A DNA stretch of 63,998 nt, filler included, from an uncultured Methanosarcinales archaeon (lineage in GTDB: Archaea > Nanobdellota > Nanobdellia > Woesearchaeales > CAYSVS01): assembly GCA_964434475.1 (NCBI GenBank). It is 5 parts of 5 records of this genome, joined end to end, with 100 filler letters (N's around TTAATTAATTAA, not from the genome) between each part and the next. Parts side by side here need not be neighbours in the genome. Positions count along the whole stretch, not along the records: positions 47,023 to 62,002 come from CAYSVS010000029.1; 4 more parts are not named here. The stretch is one strand, 5' to 3'. Position numbers and translations under genes: made by a program. This document shows positions 47,466-57,522 of the stretch, piece by piece (position 1 is the first letter of the stretch; each line of letters begins with the position of its first letter). The notes below the pieces were generated by a model that saw nothing but the letters and a program-made list of their open reading frames with translations, had not been told where the DNA came from and did no database searches.

Positions 47466-50400
47466 TTATACTCCTTCTAGTCTGCACCATTGTCTTAATC
47501 TGTTAAGTTCGCTATCTTTTAGGTTATAAAAAGCTTGTCTTTGCTCTTTCGCTATAACATTCAAGAGATATCCTGTTCTTGTGTTTAGCCTTTTCCTGTA
47601 TTCATTGAATTCATGCATCACATCTTCAGTATCGTATACTTTTATCTTTACAGGTACTTCTTTCTTTTTTCTTCCTATCTTGACTTTTTTCATTTCCTCA
47701 ACAAAATAATGTCCTTCTTCATCTATTTTTATATCTTTCTTTCCTATTATGTCTTTTGGATCATAGTATGTCAAGCAATTTTTTTTCTTAGGGTCTTTTC
47801 TTGTTAGATAAGCTTTTCTTTTTAAGCTTGTTTTTGATTTCCAAACAAAATCTTCTGGATCATAGCTTTTGTTTGCTATATTAAGTATTCTGTAAGCTTC
47901 TTGGATAGCTTTTTTGTAGTTTCCTTCAAGAGCGTTTGTTAGTACTTTGTCATACATTTTCATCTCTGTCCTGTTAAAATGCCAGTCAGCATCATCCTTT
48001 ACCTTTGCTCCTTGATAGAATCCTAATTGTTTGTAGTATATATTGTGTCCAGAATCTTTTTTGCTTACTATTGCATCGTCTATTGTGTCTATGTGTATAA
48101 ATTTTGCCTTGTCCAAAGCTTTTTTATTGCCTCCTACCAAGTATAGATATTTATTTTGGATATGTATGACTTCAAAACCATTTGCTTCAATAAATCTTCT
48201 TACTTTTTCAATTTTATATTTTAGTTCATCTTCAAAATGTTCTGGCGAGATTGTGTATATCTTAGAAAAGTTAATTATTCCTTTTTCCAGTTTTTCTATT
48301 TTTTTTGTAGATTTTTGTTGTGATTCTCTTATGTCTGTTTCAACATCGCAAAGATTTTTAAACTGTTTGAATGTTCTTCTATTTGTCTTAAACAAATTTT
48401 CAAGCCTTTGTTTTGTAAATAAGTCGCAATACTCGTAATATTTTTCAGGTTTAAGCGTTTTTTTCTTAAGATGGAATAACCCCCATGTGTATTTGTTACT
48501 TTCTTCTGTTTCCATCCTTGAACTGTCTTCTTTTAATTTTTCGACTAGGTTGTTATATATTGTCTTTGTAAAATGATGGTCTTTAAATTCAAGTTCCTCA
48601 AGCAGTTTCAATTTTTTCTTTTCCAGTTTCTTTAATTGTTTGTCTGGATCTTTTCCTTGTTTTTTTATGTGTCTTCTGTATAACAACATATAATTGATAA
48701 TCATTTCATCTATCAAACCTTCAGAAAATTGTGAAAGGAAAAATTGTCTTCTTTTATCTTTTATGTTTCCATCTTTATCTATCTTGCTGTATTTGTAGTC
48801 AAAGAATTTTTTTCCTTCTGGAAATCTTCTATATATCTCTTCTCTGAAAAAGTCTCCTATAGGAAGATATACTTTGTATACTTCCTTATATCTGCCTTCT
48901 TTTGACTTAAATCCGCTTATTTTTCTGAAGAAATTCTTGAACTTCTCCTTTTCAGCGCTTCCTTTTTCTATTACTTCTCTGTATTGAATCTTGTATGTTC
49001 CAAGTTCATTGAAGAATTTTCTGTCAGATGCATCAACTATGCATTTCTTAGTATGGAATATCTTTGTTAGTGGAACTTTGTAATCGTTTGCAATCTTTAC
49101 AGCATCTCTTATTGAATTTTTTATCTCTTCTGTAAAAAATAATTGCGGCATCAGATCCACATCTTTTCTGAGATATTTTGCGATTATCTCTCCTGATTTC
49201 AAATTGCCTTCTGCAAACTCCTTGTCTAGACACGCCATCTCTCCATAAGATATGTCTTTTTGAACTTTTTCTTCAAGCAATGTTCCAGATGTCATCACCA
49301 ATTTTCGGTTTACCTTATCGCATAGCGCAATCTTTGCCCAATTATAGAAATCTATGACTTGTTTTCCTCTTATCCCCATCCTTTCAAAGAACTTGTTTGT
49401 GGCTTCAAATATTGGTTCAGTATTTCTTTCTCCTACAGCAAAATCTCCTGCTTCCCTTAATTTTGGTAAGTCGAATCTTGCATTGTATGCTGAATAGAAC
49501 AAAGGATTTTCTTTGAGTATATTTTCCTTAAGACCTTTAACTAAATCTTTTTCAGACTTATGAAGGATTATCTTATAGCCTTCTGTTTCTTTTAGTTTAT
49601 GCTTGTGTATCGTATGTATCTCTTTTTTGTATACTTTTCCCTTTTCTACATAGCTTATTCCTACCCAACTTATTTCTGGTTTATCTGATTTGAATTGGGG
49701 TATTTCGATGTCAAAAAAGCACCATTTTGCATTGATTATCTCATCCGCATCCATATACTTTTTCCACCTAAAATATTTTCTTGGAGAATCTAGATTAACA
49801 GCAAACTGCTTTTGGTCTTTATTGTATTTTATCTCGTTGTCTCCTAATAACTTTATTTTGGAATTTAATTTTGTAATAAGTTCATCTATGCTTTCTTGTT
49901 TTTTTAGAACTTTTTCAGGCAATAGCATGCCTATCTTCGTTTTTTTGAACTTTTGTCTTTGGTCTTCTGTTTTTATACCATAAAGCCTGTTGATAGTTCT
50001 TGTTATTGTCGCTTGTTTGTTATCTTTTCCATATTTGTTTATCTTTTCATTTATTTTTCTTACATCTTTGTTTGTTTTCTTTACTTTTTTTAATATGTTT
50101 TCAAGTCTATCTTCTATCAAAATCTTTTGTCCTGGAATCCCAAAACTCCATCTTGCTTGGCTTACGTTCTTGTCTGTTATTATCTTGCCTTTTTTTTTGT
50201 TTTCTTTCAACAGTTCAGCAATATAGTTTTTTTTGTTTATGTTGCCTATTACTTGTGTTATGTTCCAATGAGGGATTTTTTTGACAGATTTCATCTTGCA
50301 ATCTTGCAGATTGGGGTCTGTGCTTATTAGATCTTTCAGATGATTTTTTTCCTTTTCATCCATTTTTTTGCTTGGAAAAATATAGTCTTTCCAATCGCAA

Positions 50401-50498
50401 TATACTGTACCAAGATCAAAGAACGTAAACATAACTTTTTCATTGTGTTTCTTTCTATCTATTCCTACTTCTGTTACAATATGCTCTAGTGCTCCCAT
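47466..50498 (-). CDS. Divergent PolB-derived protein: intact 3'-5' exonuclease motifs, polymerase motifs lost
   Basis: FFDIE, AYNARFDLP, YLRKD; degenerate palm segments GRYKEVYKVYLP and NGFEVIHIQNKYLYL. Confidence 0.75.
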   Translation of the reverse strand: MGALEHIVTEVGIDRKKHNEKVMFTFFDLGTVYCDWKDYIFPSKKMDEKEKNHLKDLISTDPNLQDCKMKSVKKIPHWNITQVIGNINKKNYIAELLKENKKKGKIITDKNVSQARWSFGIPGQKILIEDRLENILKKVKKTNKDVRKINEKINKYGKDNKQATITRTINRLYGIKTEDQRQKFKKTKIGMLLPEKVLKKQESIDELITKLNSKIKLLGDNEIKYNKDQKQFAVNLDSPRKYFRWKKYMDADEIINAKWCFFDIEIPQFKSDKPEISWVGISYVEKGKVYKKEIHTIHKHKLKETEGYKIILHKSEKDLVKGLKENILKENPLFYSAYNARFDLPKLREAGDFAVGERNTEPIFEATNKFFERMGIRGKQVIDFYNWAKIALCDKVNRKLVMTSGTLLEEKVQKDISYGEMACLDKEFAEGNLKSGEIIAKYLRKDVDLMPQLFFTEEIKNSIRDAVKIANDYKVPLTKIFHTKKCIVDASDRKFFNELGTYKIQYREVIEKGSAEKEKFKNFFRKISGFKSKEGRYKEVYKVYLPIGDFFREEIYRRFPEGKKFFDYKYSKIDKDGNIKDKRRQFFLSQFSEGLIDEMIINYMLLYRRHIKKQGKDPDKQLKKLEKKKLKLLEELEFKDHHFTKTIYNNLVEKLKEDSSRMETEESNKYTWGLFHLKKKTLKPEKYYEYCDLFTKQRLENLFKTNRRTFKQFKNLCDVETDIRESQQKSTKKIEKLEKGIINFSKIYTISPEHFEDELKYKIEKVRRFIEANGFEVIHIQNKYLYLVGGNKKALDKAKFIHIDTIDDAIVSKKDSGHNIYYKQLGFYQGAKVKDDADWHFNRTEMKMYDKVLTNALEGNYKKAIQEAYRILNIANKSYDPEDFVWKSKTSLKRKAYLTRKDPKKKNCLTYYDPKDIIGKKDIKIDEEGHYFVEEMKKVKIGRKKKEVPVKIKVYDTEDVMHEFNEYRKRLNTRTGYLLNVIAKEQRQAFYNLKDSELNRLRQWCRLEGV

Positions 50499-50597
50499 GT
50501 TTCTGCTAGTAGAATAAATCTTATAAAGCTTATGTATGGTTGATTATAGATGATATAACAAAAACTTTTTATATAATCCTTCTTTTCTATTATATAT

Positions 50598-50918
50598 ATG
50601 GCAAATTATAAGAATTTGAGACAGCCTGATTATTCTGCAAGGTTTGTTTTTTTTGACAACAAGATACCAAAAACATTGATCATATCTGATTGGGATACGA
50701 AAAAACAGATGAATGATGTCTTGTTCAAATGCTATGTTATTAAAGAAGATGATAAGGAAGTTGATAAGCTTTTGACAGCGTTTGATTTTGATTTTGCAGA
50801 GCAGTTGAAGAAGGTTGTAAAGGGCAAGAAGTCGCATCAGAAGATAAAGATCAAGGTTTTGATGACTGAGATTGATGATTTTGAGAAAGAGTATGAAGTT
50901 AAAGAGATTAAAGAATAA
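50598..50918 (+). CDS. Hypothetical beta-rich protein
   Basis: 106-aa ORF divergent from the PolB-like gene. Confidence 0.7.
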   Translation: MANYKNLRQPDYSARFVFFDNKIPKTLIISDWDTKKQMNDVLFKCYVIKEDDKEVDKLLTAFDFDFAEQLKKVVKGKKSHQKIKIKVLMTEIDDFEKEYEVKEIKE

Positions 50919-50983
50919 AAAAACTAACTTTGATTATTTTTTTGACTTATTTTAGATATTTATTAGCTTAAGAACTTATAAAT

Positions 50984-51412
50984 CTATTGCATCAAAGCAA
51001 GTTCAATTCCTCTTGCTGTAGAGAATAAGTTGATGTCTTTTTTATTTTTCTCAAGAAGATTAGCATCCCATACTGCTCCTATAATTGGATCTTTTGTGAT
51101 ACGTTCATCTTCGTGGTATCTTATAGAATGCAGTATTTTTCTGGAATTATATTCAGGAAAATGTTTTTCCAATATCTCTTCAGCTATTAACGCAGCTTTT
51201 ATAGCGTGTTGATTGTTTTCTTTCAAAATATTATTATCTGGCACTATGTCTTGTAGATATGCTGCCAAAAGAACATCACATGTGTTATTTGGACACTCTT
51301 CTTTTGCAATCAGCATTGCAAAGTTGACAATCTTTTTCGTATGCTCAACACCTTCTTTGTTTAGCATCGGAAAAACGATGTTTTCCACTTTTGTGAAATT
51401 GAATTTTTCCAT
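50984..51412 (-). CDS. HD-fold protein with degenerate motif (LQD)
   Basis: GVEHT, LLAAYLQD, HA, IRYH, VWDAN. Confidence 0.7.
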   Translation of the reverse strand: MEKFNFTKVENIVFPMLNKEGVEHTKKIVNFAMLIAKEECPNNTCDVLLAAYLQDIVPDNNILKENNQHAIKAALIAEEILEKHFPEYNSRKILHSIRYHEDERITKDPIIGAVWDANLLEKNKKDINLFSTARGIELALMQ

Positions 51413-51502
51413 GTTACATCGAAAGAAAATTAGGCTTCTTTAAAAACATAACTAGTAAGTTTTATATAACAGTTATTGGTTTATTACATAGTGGTGAGTC
51501 TA

Positions 51503-51691
51503 ATGGCTAAAAAGAAATGTGATTTTTGCGGAAACCATGTTCCAGAAAACGGACAATGCAATAACTGTGGTTTTGTTGACGGACTTAATAGACAGCCTAG
51601 TGATGAAGAATATAAAAGAGCTAGAGATATAAATGAACAGCACAGTTATGAACAGTTCGATAATTTAGACATGTTATTGTTGGATTTGTAA
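51503..51691 (+). CDS. Small zinc-ribbon protein
   Basis: CDFCG...CNNCG; GGTGA SD. Confidence 0.7.
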   Translation: MAKKKCDFCGNHVPENGQCNNCGFVDGLNRQPSDEEYKRARDINEQHSYEQFDNLDMLLLDL

Positions 51692-51696
51692 TTAAA

Positions 51697-52095
51697 ATGA
51701 CTCCTAAAGTTACGGCAGGATGCATACTTCTCGACGATACTGGTAAAATTCTTTTAATCAGAAGAAATACTGAGCCTTTTAAGGACTATTGGTCAATACC
51801 TGGCGGAAAAGTGGAGATGTATGAGAAAGTGGAAGATTGCGTGAGGAGAGAAGTGAAAGAAGAGATAAGTATTGAGATAAAAAATCTTAAATTCTTGAAT
51901 TATGAAAATGAGATTTTTCCTGAAAAGCATATACATTATATAGGTCATATTTTTAAAGGAACTATAAGCGGAAAGATAAAATTGCAAGAGAAAGAAGTCA
52001 AGGAATATGGTATGTTTAGTTTGGCTGAAATAAAAAAGATGAAGATAGGTTTTGGTCATAAGACATTGTTATTGAAGTATGGTGTTGTAAGATGA
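51697..52095 (+). CDS. Nudix hydrolase
   Basis: WSIPGGKVEMYEKVEDCVRREVKEEI. Confidence 0.92.
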   Translation: MTPKVTAGCILLDDTGKILLIRRNTEPFKDYWSIPGGKVEMYEKVEDCVRREVKEEISIEIKNLKFLNYENEIFPEKHIHYIGHIFKGTISGKIKLQEKEVKEYGMFSLAEIKKMKIGFGHKTLLLKYGVVR

Positions 52096-52796
52096 ACGCT
52101 TTGTATCTTGACGATTCTTATTTGAAAGAGTGTGATTCGACAGTTAAAGAAGTAAAAGACGATAAGTTTGTTGTTCTTGACAATACGACCTTTTATCCTA
52201 ATTCTGGTGGTCAATCCTATGACATTGGCAGGATTGTCAAAGATGGTGAAGAGTATGCTGTTGTATTTGTCGGAAAATTTTCTGGAAACATTTCTCATGA
52301 AGTTGATAAGCCTGGTTTAAAAGTTGGGGACAAGGTGCATTGTGTCATAGACTGGGACAGAAGATACAAACTTATGAGAAGTCATACTGCAGCACACATA
52401 ATCAGCAAAGTGATACATGATGAAGCAGGAGCATTGATTACTGGAAATCAGTTGAAAGAAGAAAAATCAAGGATAGACTTTTCTTTGGAAAACTATAATC
52501 CAGAGATGGTGCAGAAATACATAGACAAAGCGAACGAGATTGTTGAAAAGGATCTGCCTCTTTTTGTTGAATATATTTCTAGAGAAGAAGCAGAATCAAG
52601 ACCTGAACTGACAAAATTAGCAAAAGGTTTGCCTGAAGGTATAAACACAATACGTCTTGTTAAAATAGGGGATTTTGATGTACAAGCAGATGGCGGCACT
52701 CATGTTAAGTCAACTAAGGAAGTTGGCTGCATTAGACTAATGAAGTGCGAAAACAAAGGCAAGAACAACAGAAGATTGTATTTTAAGATTGATTAG
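52092..52796 (+). CDS. alaXM: Alanyl-tRNA editing protein AlaX-M
   Basis: LYLDDSY, FYPNSGGQ, HTAAH, RIDF, ADGGTH, KGKNNRR. Confidence 0.9.
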   Translation: MNALYLDDSYLKECDSTVKEVKDDKFVVLDNTTFYPNSGGQSYDIGRIVKDGEEYAVVFVGKFSGNISHEVDKPGLKVGDKVHCVIDWDRRYKLMRSHTAAHIISKVIHDEAGALITGNQLKEEKSRIDFSLENYNPEMVQKYIDKANEIVEKDLPLFVEYISREEAESRPELTKLAKGLPEGINTIRLVKIGDFDVQADGGTHVKSTKEVGCIRLMKCENKGKNNRRLYFKID

Positions 52797-52863
52797 ATTT
52801 TTCGATAATTATTTAAACTATTTCTGAAAACTTAACTTTTGTAAAACTAATTGGAGGGAAAAT

Positions 52864-54198
52864 ATGTCACCAAAACTTTCTAAACATTTTGAATCTAGAC
52901 AGCCTAGCGCTATAAGATTGGCTCAGATAGAGCACAGTAAAAGAACAGATGATGTTTATGCTGTTAATACAGCTATAGGCAATGTAAGTTTGTCTATGCA
53001 TCCTAAATTAAGGGAAAGGATGTTTAACCTTAATTCAGATAATAGTCCGTTTAAGGATGGAGTAAATAAATATACTGCGACTGTTGGTATGGAAGAGACA
53101 AATAAAGCTTTCTTGAACATTATATCTTCGTCTGGTTTTAAAACTGACAAACTTTATTCACAAGTTACTTTTGGCGGCAGTGCTGCTATGGATCTTGTTG
53201 TATTGGGTGTTTGTGGCGAAGCAGGATCAGGAGAAAGTCCTTTGCTATTGATTGATGCTGCTTACACTAATTATAATGCTATGGCTCTTGGAAGCGGGAG
53301 AAAAAACATCTCTATTACAAGAACATTGAATGAGGATGGAAAATTTAGCATGCCTGATGTAAGTGAGATTGAAAAGATAATCGAACAATACAAACCCGGC
53401 GGAATGGTTGTAATTCCTTATGATAATCCGACAGGACATTTTTATGATCATGATACTATGGTAGATCTTGGTAAATTATGTGTTGAGTATGATATGTGGA
53501 TGGTCAGTGATGAAGCTTATAGGGAATTGTTCTATGACGAGAGCAAAGTAACGAGCATTTGGGGATTGACAGAGCAGGATGTGCCTGGAATAACTGGTAA
53601 AAGGATAAGCATTGAAACTGCTTCAAAAGTATGGAATGCTTGCGGGTTAAGGATTGGTGCATTAGTGACAGATAATGAGCAATTTCATAAAAAATCTGTT
53701 GCAGAATTTACTAAGCTGCTTTGTGCTCCTGCTATCGATCAATATATTTTTGGTGCTTTGGCTCATGAAACCCATGAAGATCTGAAAGCATGGTACGATG
53801 GTCAAAGAGACTACTATAAACCCTTGATGACTAAATTAACTTCAGATTTTAAGGAGATGCTTCCTGGTGTGATTGTTTCACGTCCAGACGCTTCAATATA
53901 TTCTGTTGTTGATGTAAGAAATTTAGTTGATGATGGTTTTGATGCAAAAGACTTTGTTCTTTATTGTGCTACAAAAGGCAAAGTTGATGTGGATGGCAAG
54001 GATATGACTTTGCTTGTTGCACCTATGGATGGATTCTATAATGTTGCTTCTGACCAAAAGAATCCTGGCAAAACTCAGATGAGGATCGCGTATGTTGCCA
54101 AGCCAGAAGAGATGTCTTTGGTGCCAAAATTATTTACTGGGTTGTTTAACCAGTACAAAGCATCAAAGAATTCTGTAGAAAAACAGATGGAAAATTAA
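52864..54198 (+). CDS. Class I/II PLP-dependent aminotransferase
   Basis: DNPTG, SDEAY, SKVWNACGLRIG, MRIAY. Confidence 0.9.
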   Translation: MSPKLSKHFESRQPSAIRLAQIEHSKRTDDVYAVNTAIGNVSLSMHPKLRERMFNLNSDNSPFKDGVNKYTATVGMEETNKAFLNIISSSGFKTDKLYSQVTFGGSAAMDLVVLGVCGEAGSGESPLLLIDAAYTNYNAMALGSGRKNISITRTLNEDGKFSMPDVSEIEKIIEQYKPGGMVVIPYDNPTGHFYDHDTMVDLGKLCVEYDMWMVSDEAYRELFYDESKVTSIWGLTEQDVPGITGKRISIETASKVWNACGLRIGALVTDNEQFHKKSVAEFTKLLCAPAIDQYIFGALAHETHEDLKAWYDGQRDYYKPLMTKLTSDFKEMLPGVIVSRPDASIYSVVDVRNLVDDGFDAKDFVLYCATKGKVDVDGKDMTLLVAPMDGFYNVASDQKNPGKTQMRIAYVAKPEEMSLVPKLFTGLFNQYKASKNSVEKQMEN

Positions 54199-54211
54199 TT
54201 TTTTTCTTTTT

Positions 54212-55060
54212 TTAATATTTGAATTTCTCCCACTTTAGTTTCATATCTTCCAGCATGAGAATTATCCTTTCTTTTTCTTTGCCTAGTCCTTTCCAATCCA
54301 ATGCAATCAGATCAACCTTTTCCATTGTCTTATCCAAAGCTTGCTTAATCATCTCTTTGTCTAATTCCTCGAGCATATATTTTGGGCATACATGGCCAAA
54401 TGCAATGTCCTTACGTTCCATAACCTTGCCAAATATTGGTGTGTGGTGCAGCCCTCCTATGCCGAACGCTACCCTGTCCTGCAGCATCTTGCCTTCAAGC
54501 AGATCAAATATTGTTTCTGCAATTACTTTTCCTGCTTCTTTGTCTTGCCATTGAGGTAAAGAACTTCCTATCTCGATGAACATACTTGGTTTAGAAACAA
54601 AAGGGCCATGGTGCGTGCATTCTTGGATAATATCAAACCCTTCAAGTCTAGTAGAATTGTGTTGTAATTTAATGAAAGCTGTTTTCAATATATTGGCGGG
54701 CGCAGTGCACAATGTCCTTTCTTTTCCGCCGTATTCTGCCTTTGCCCAATTGCCTTGCGTGTGTATAGACAAGCTTGGAATCTTTGACTTGCTTTTATGC
54801 TGTGTTGCGAACATCACTAAGTCTATATCTTTGTCAACTGTATTCATTATCTCTATATCTATGTTTTCGCAATAAACTGAATCTTTTTCAGATGTAAAGA
54901 GCCAGATTTTATTTTTTGTATCTGAATATTCATAATAGTGATTGCCTTGAAAAATACCTATATGCTTCCATTCTTTTGTCCTTAGCAATTGCTCTTTGAT
55001 GTTTATTCCTGCAGGATCAACTCTTGATACTATGAGTGCAACTTTCATATGCTTAAGCAT
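54212..55060 (-). CDS. dtdA: D-aminoacyl-tRNA deacylase (archaeal DTD2)
   Basis: DPAG.NI, QHKS, LSIHTQGN, ECTHHGP, FIEIGS, GIGGLH, GHVCPKY, DWKG. Confidence 0.93.
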   Translation of the reverse strand: MLKHMKVALIVSRVDPAGINIKEQLLRTKEWKHIGIFQGNHYYEYSDTKNKIWLFTSEKDSVYCENIDIEIMNTVDKDIDLVMFATQHKSKSKIPSLSIHTQGNWAKAEYGGKERTLCTAPANILKTAFIKLQHNSTRLEGFDIIQECTHHGPFVSKPSMFIEIGSSLPQWQDKEAGKVIAETIFDLLEGKMLQDRVAFGIGGLHHTPIFGKVMERKDIAFGHVCPKYMLEELDKEMIKQALDKTMEKVDLIALDWKGLGKEKERIILMLEDMKLKWEKFKY

Positions 55061-55086
55061 AAAGAATTAATATAAAAACTTTGGTA

Positions 55087-55689
55087 TTAAAGATACTGTT
55101 TATTTAGATATGTTAGTATCATTTTTGGCATCATATAAATTGGCAAACCTCCGTTTCCGTTCATGTCTGCTACTGCTTGTCTCTCTTTGGACATTTCTCC
55201 TGATTTTTCTCTTGTTGATCTGATCTTATTCATCTCTTCATAAGTTCTTTTTGTTTCATCAGCTAATGTCTCTAAGTTTTCTCTAAGTGATTCTATATCA
55301 TATTTGAAGATATAATTTTTGATTATTTGGTTAATTTCTTCAAGATTGTGGTGTGGTTCATAGAATTTCTTTATTTCATTGAGTTTTTCTTTATCTTTTA
55401 TGGTTCTTAATATTTTTGCTCTTAATGCTATTCTTATTGTATTTCTGCAAGGATATGTGTATTTTTCTTGATCAGTTCCTATTCCAAAATATTTTTTAAT
55501 ATCTCCTTTTACATATTTCATCAATGCTTCTTTGCCTAAATTATATAGGTCTTCAGAATTAAATTTAAGATCTCCTGCGAAATTATCTAGTTTATTCTCA
55601 AAATCATCTATATCTTTACTATTTTTGAATATGTCGGTAATATCTATCATATTTATGGGAGTTATATGTTTGCTTATAAAACTAATCAT
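55087..55689 (-). CDS. Hypothetical helical protein
   Basis: 200-aa ORF; start uncertain. Confidence 0.7.
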   Translation of the reverse strand: MISFISKHITPINMIDITDIFKNSKDIDDFENKLDNFAGDLKFNSEDLYNLGKEALMKYVKGDIKKYFGIGTDQEKYTYPCRNTIRIALRAKILRTIKDKEKLNEIKKFYEPHHNLEEINQIIKNYIFKYDIESLRENLETLADETKRTYEEMNKIRSTREKSGEMSKERQAVADMNGNGGLPIYMMPKMILTYLNKQYL

Positions 55690-55690
55690 A

Positions 55691-55751
55691 TTTTGTATTT
55701 TGTGTTTTGTGTTTTGTGTTTTGTGTTTTGTGTTTTGTGTTTTGTGTTTTG
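55691..55751. repeat. Heptamer tandem repeat (TTTTGTG), about 8.7 units
   Basis: ttttgta + 7 x ttttgtg + ttttg. Confidence 0.95.
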
Positions 55752-55953
55752 ATATAAATAATAAATAAGTACATAAATAAGTATTTTAGTTAATATTATA
55801 AATATATTTTTAATATAGTTTTATGTGTGTATTTTTATAAGTTGTTTAAATAGTAAAAAAAGAAAACAAAAAGTTTATATATTAGTTAGTATATTCTAAA
55901 GTACATAAATTACTCAATAAATAAGTAGTTAAGCATGATTTGCATGTTTTGCA

Positions 55954-56148
55954 GTGGATAAATTGACAACACATACATTCAAAAGGAAATTGTACAAGAG
56001 AGGAAGTAGTTATGAAACTACTATTCCTATGCCTTTGCTTTTTGCACTTGATAAATCAAAAAAGCAAAACGTGTTGTTCAATTACGATCCTAAGCTTAAC
56101 AGGTGGTATGTAGAGTTTGAAGAGGTTAAGAAATCAAATAAATCATAG
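55954..56148 (+). CDS. AbrB/SpoVT-like small DNA-binding protein
   Basis: RKLYKRGSSYETTIP swapped-hairpin pattern. Confidence 0.65.
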   Translation: MDKLTTHTFKRKLYKRGSSYETTIPMPLLFALDKSKKQNVLFNYDPKLNRWYVEFEEVKKSNKS

Positions 56149-56276
56149 TTTTTTTGGCGGAAAACTAGACCAGGGTGTTTACGCGGGCACATTTTCATAT
56201 AAGACGTTTATGTGCCTGACCTTGGTTTATACTTATAAATATCATAAACAGAAGGTGAATAAAAGGTGGTAAAAAG

Positions 56277-56729
56277 ATGATGGATTTAATGCTGCAATTG
56301 ATGTTTTTGTTCCTTGTATTTTTGACTGTGACATTGATTTATACTAAACTTGTAGCAAGGTATAAGGTTCCTGGTGGCTTTAATGATTCCATGTCGTTCT
56401 ATATGTGGCGCAGGAAGCAGGTAAAGCAGGATATTAAAGATAATTCTGTTAAACAGGTAAAACGTCACCTTTTCAGAAGGAAAGTTAACAATATTGACTG
56501 CCAGATTTCAGATAAGGTGAAGGAAGTTGCAGAGAATCTTGAACAGAAAAGCAAGAGGGTTGTTAAGAATATAAACGAGAATAAGCTTAGCAAGATCAAA
56601 AAAGATGTTAAACGTGTAAAAAAACAGTTGGGAAAGCTTGAAACTGAGCTTGTCAACAAAGATAAAAAGCCAATATCAACAAGGCAAAAAATGATATCTC
56701 AACTTAAAGAGGTGTATCAAGATGAGTAA
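56277..56729 (+). CDS. Membrane-anchored basic coiled-coil protein
   Basis: N-terminal hydrophobic helix, K-rich heptads; overlaps the MinD start. Confidence 0.75.
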   Translation: MMDLMLQLMFLFLVFLTVTLIYTKLVARYKVPGGFNDSMSFYMWRRKQVKQDIKDNSVKQVKRHLFRRKVNNIDCQISDKVKEVAENLEQKSKRVVKNINENKLSKIKKDVKRVKKQLGKLETELVNKDKKPISTRQKMISQLKEVYQDE

Positions 56730-57522
56730 AACAATAGGAGTTATTGCAATCAAAGGAGGTGTTGGAAAAACAACAACTGCTGTGAATTTAGGTTCTTCTT
56801 TGGCAAATGATTTTAACAAAAAAGTACTGGTAGTAGACGGAAATTTTAGCGCCCCTAATCTTGGGCTTCATATAGGTGTAGTTAATCCTGGGATAACTTT
56901 GCACGATGTGCTTAGCGGAAGGACACCTGTAACAAAAGCTATTTACCAACATGAACAAGGATTTGATTATATCCCTAGCAATCTGATCCATAGAAAGATA
57001 GATGTTTACAAGCTTAAGCAGAAGCTTAATGAGATAAAAGCGAATTATGATGTGATTCTTGTGGATTCGAGTCCAAATCTAAATCATGAGATGCTTTCTA
57101 CGATAGTTGCATCAGACGAACTGCTTGTTGTCACAACACCAGACTATCCTACTTTGAGCGCAACAATGAACGCTGTTAGGATAGCAAAGCATAGAAAAAC
57201 ACCTATATCTGGACTAGTGCTCAATAAAGTAAGGAACAAGCATTTTGAACTTAGTCTTGATGATATAGAGAAATCTACAAACACTCCTGTACTTGCTGTT
57301 CTTGGAGACGACATAAAGGTTTTAGAGGCTCTTTCAGAAACATTGCCTTACTCTACGCATTTTGGAGAAAGAGACTCTGCAATAGAGTATAAAAAATTAG
57401 CAGGTTCTTTGGTAGGAGACATATACGAGGACAACAGGTTCAAGTCAAAGATTAAGCGTTTGTTCAAACGGCCTGAAAAAGCGGACATAAACAGGGATGT
57501 TTACAGGGACTCGCAAAAATGA
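56722..57522 (+). CDS. MinD/ParA-family ATPase
   Basis: KGGVGKTT, LVVDGN..APNL, ILVDSSP, VTTPD, LVLNK. Confidence 0.92.
   Translation: MSKTIGVIAIKGGVGKTTTAVNLGSSLANDFNKKVLVVDGNFSAPNLGLHIGVVNPGITLHDVLSGRTPVTKAIYQHEQGFDYIPSNLIHRKIDVYKLKQKLNEIKANYDVILVDSSPNLNHEMLSTIVASDELLVVTTPDYPTLSATMNAVRIAKHRKTPISGLVLNKVRNKHFELSLDDIEKSTNTPVLAVLGDDIKVLEALSETLPYSTHFGERDSAIEYKKLAGSLVGDIYEDNRFKSKIKRLFKRPEKADINRDVYRDSQK

Noticed and set aside
52092..52796. AlaX zinc motif reads DGGTH rather than CGGTH
   Set aside because: As I recall this variant occurs in other archaeal AlaX-M proteins; not evidence of inactivation
55532..55768. ORF with repeated CVLCF, resembling a Cys-rich peptide
   Set aside because: Translation of the heptamer repeat, antisense to a real gene
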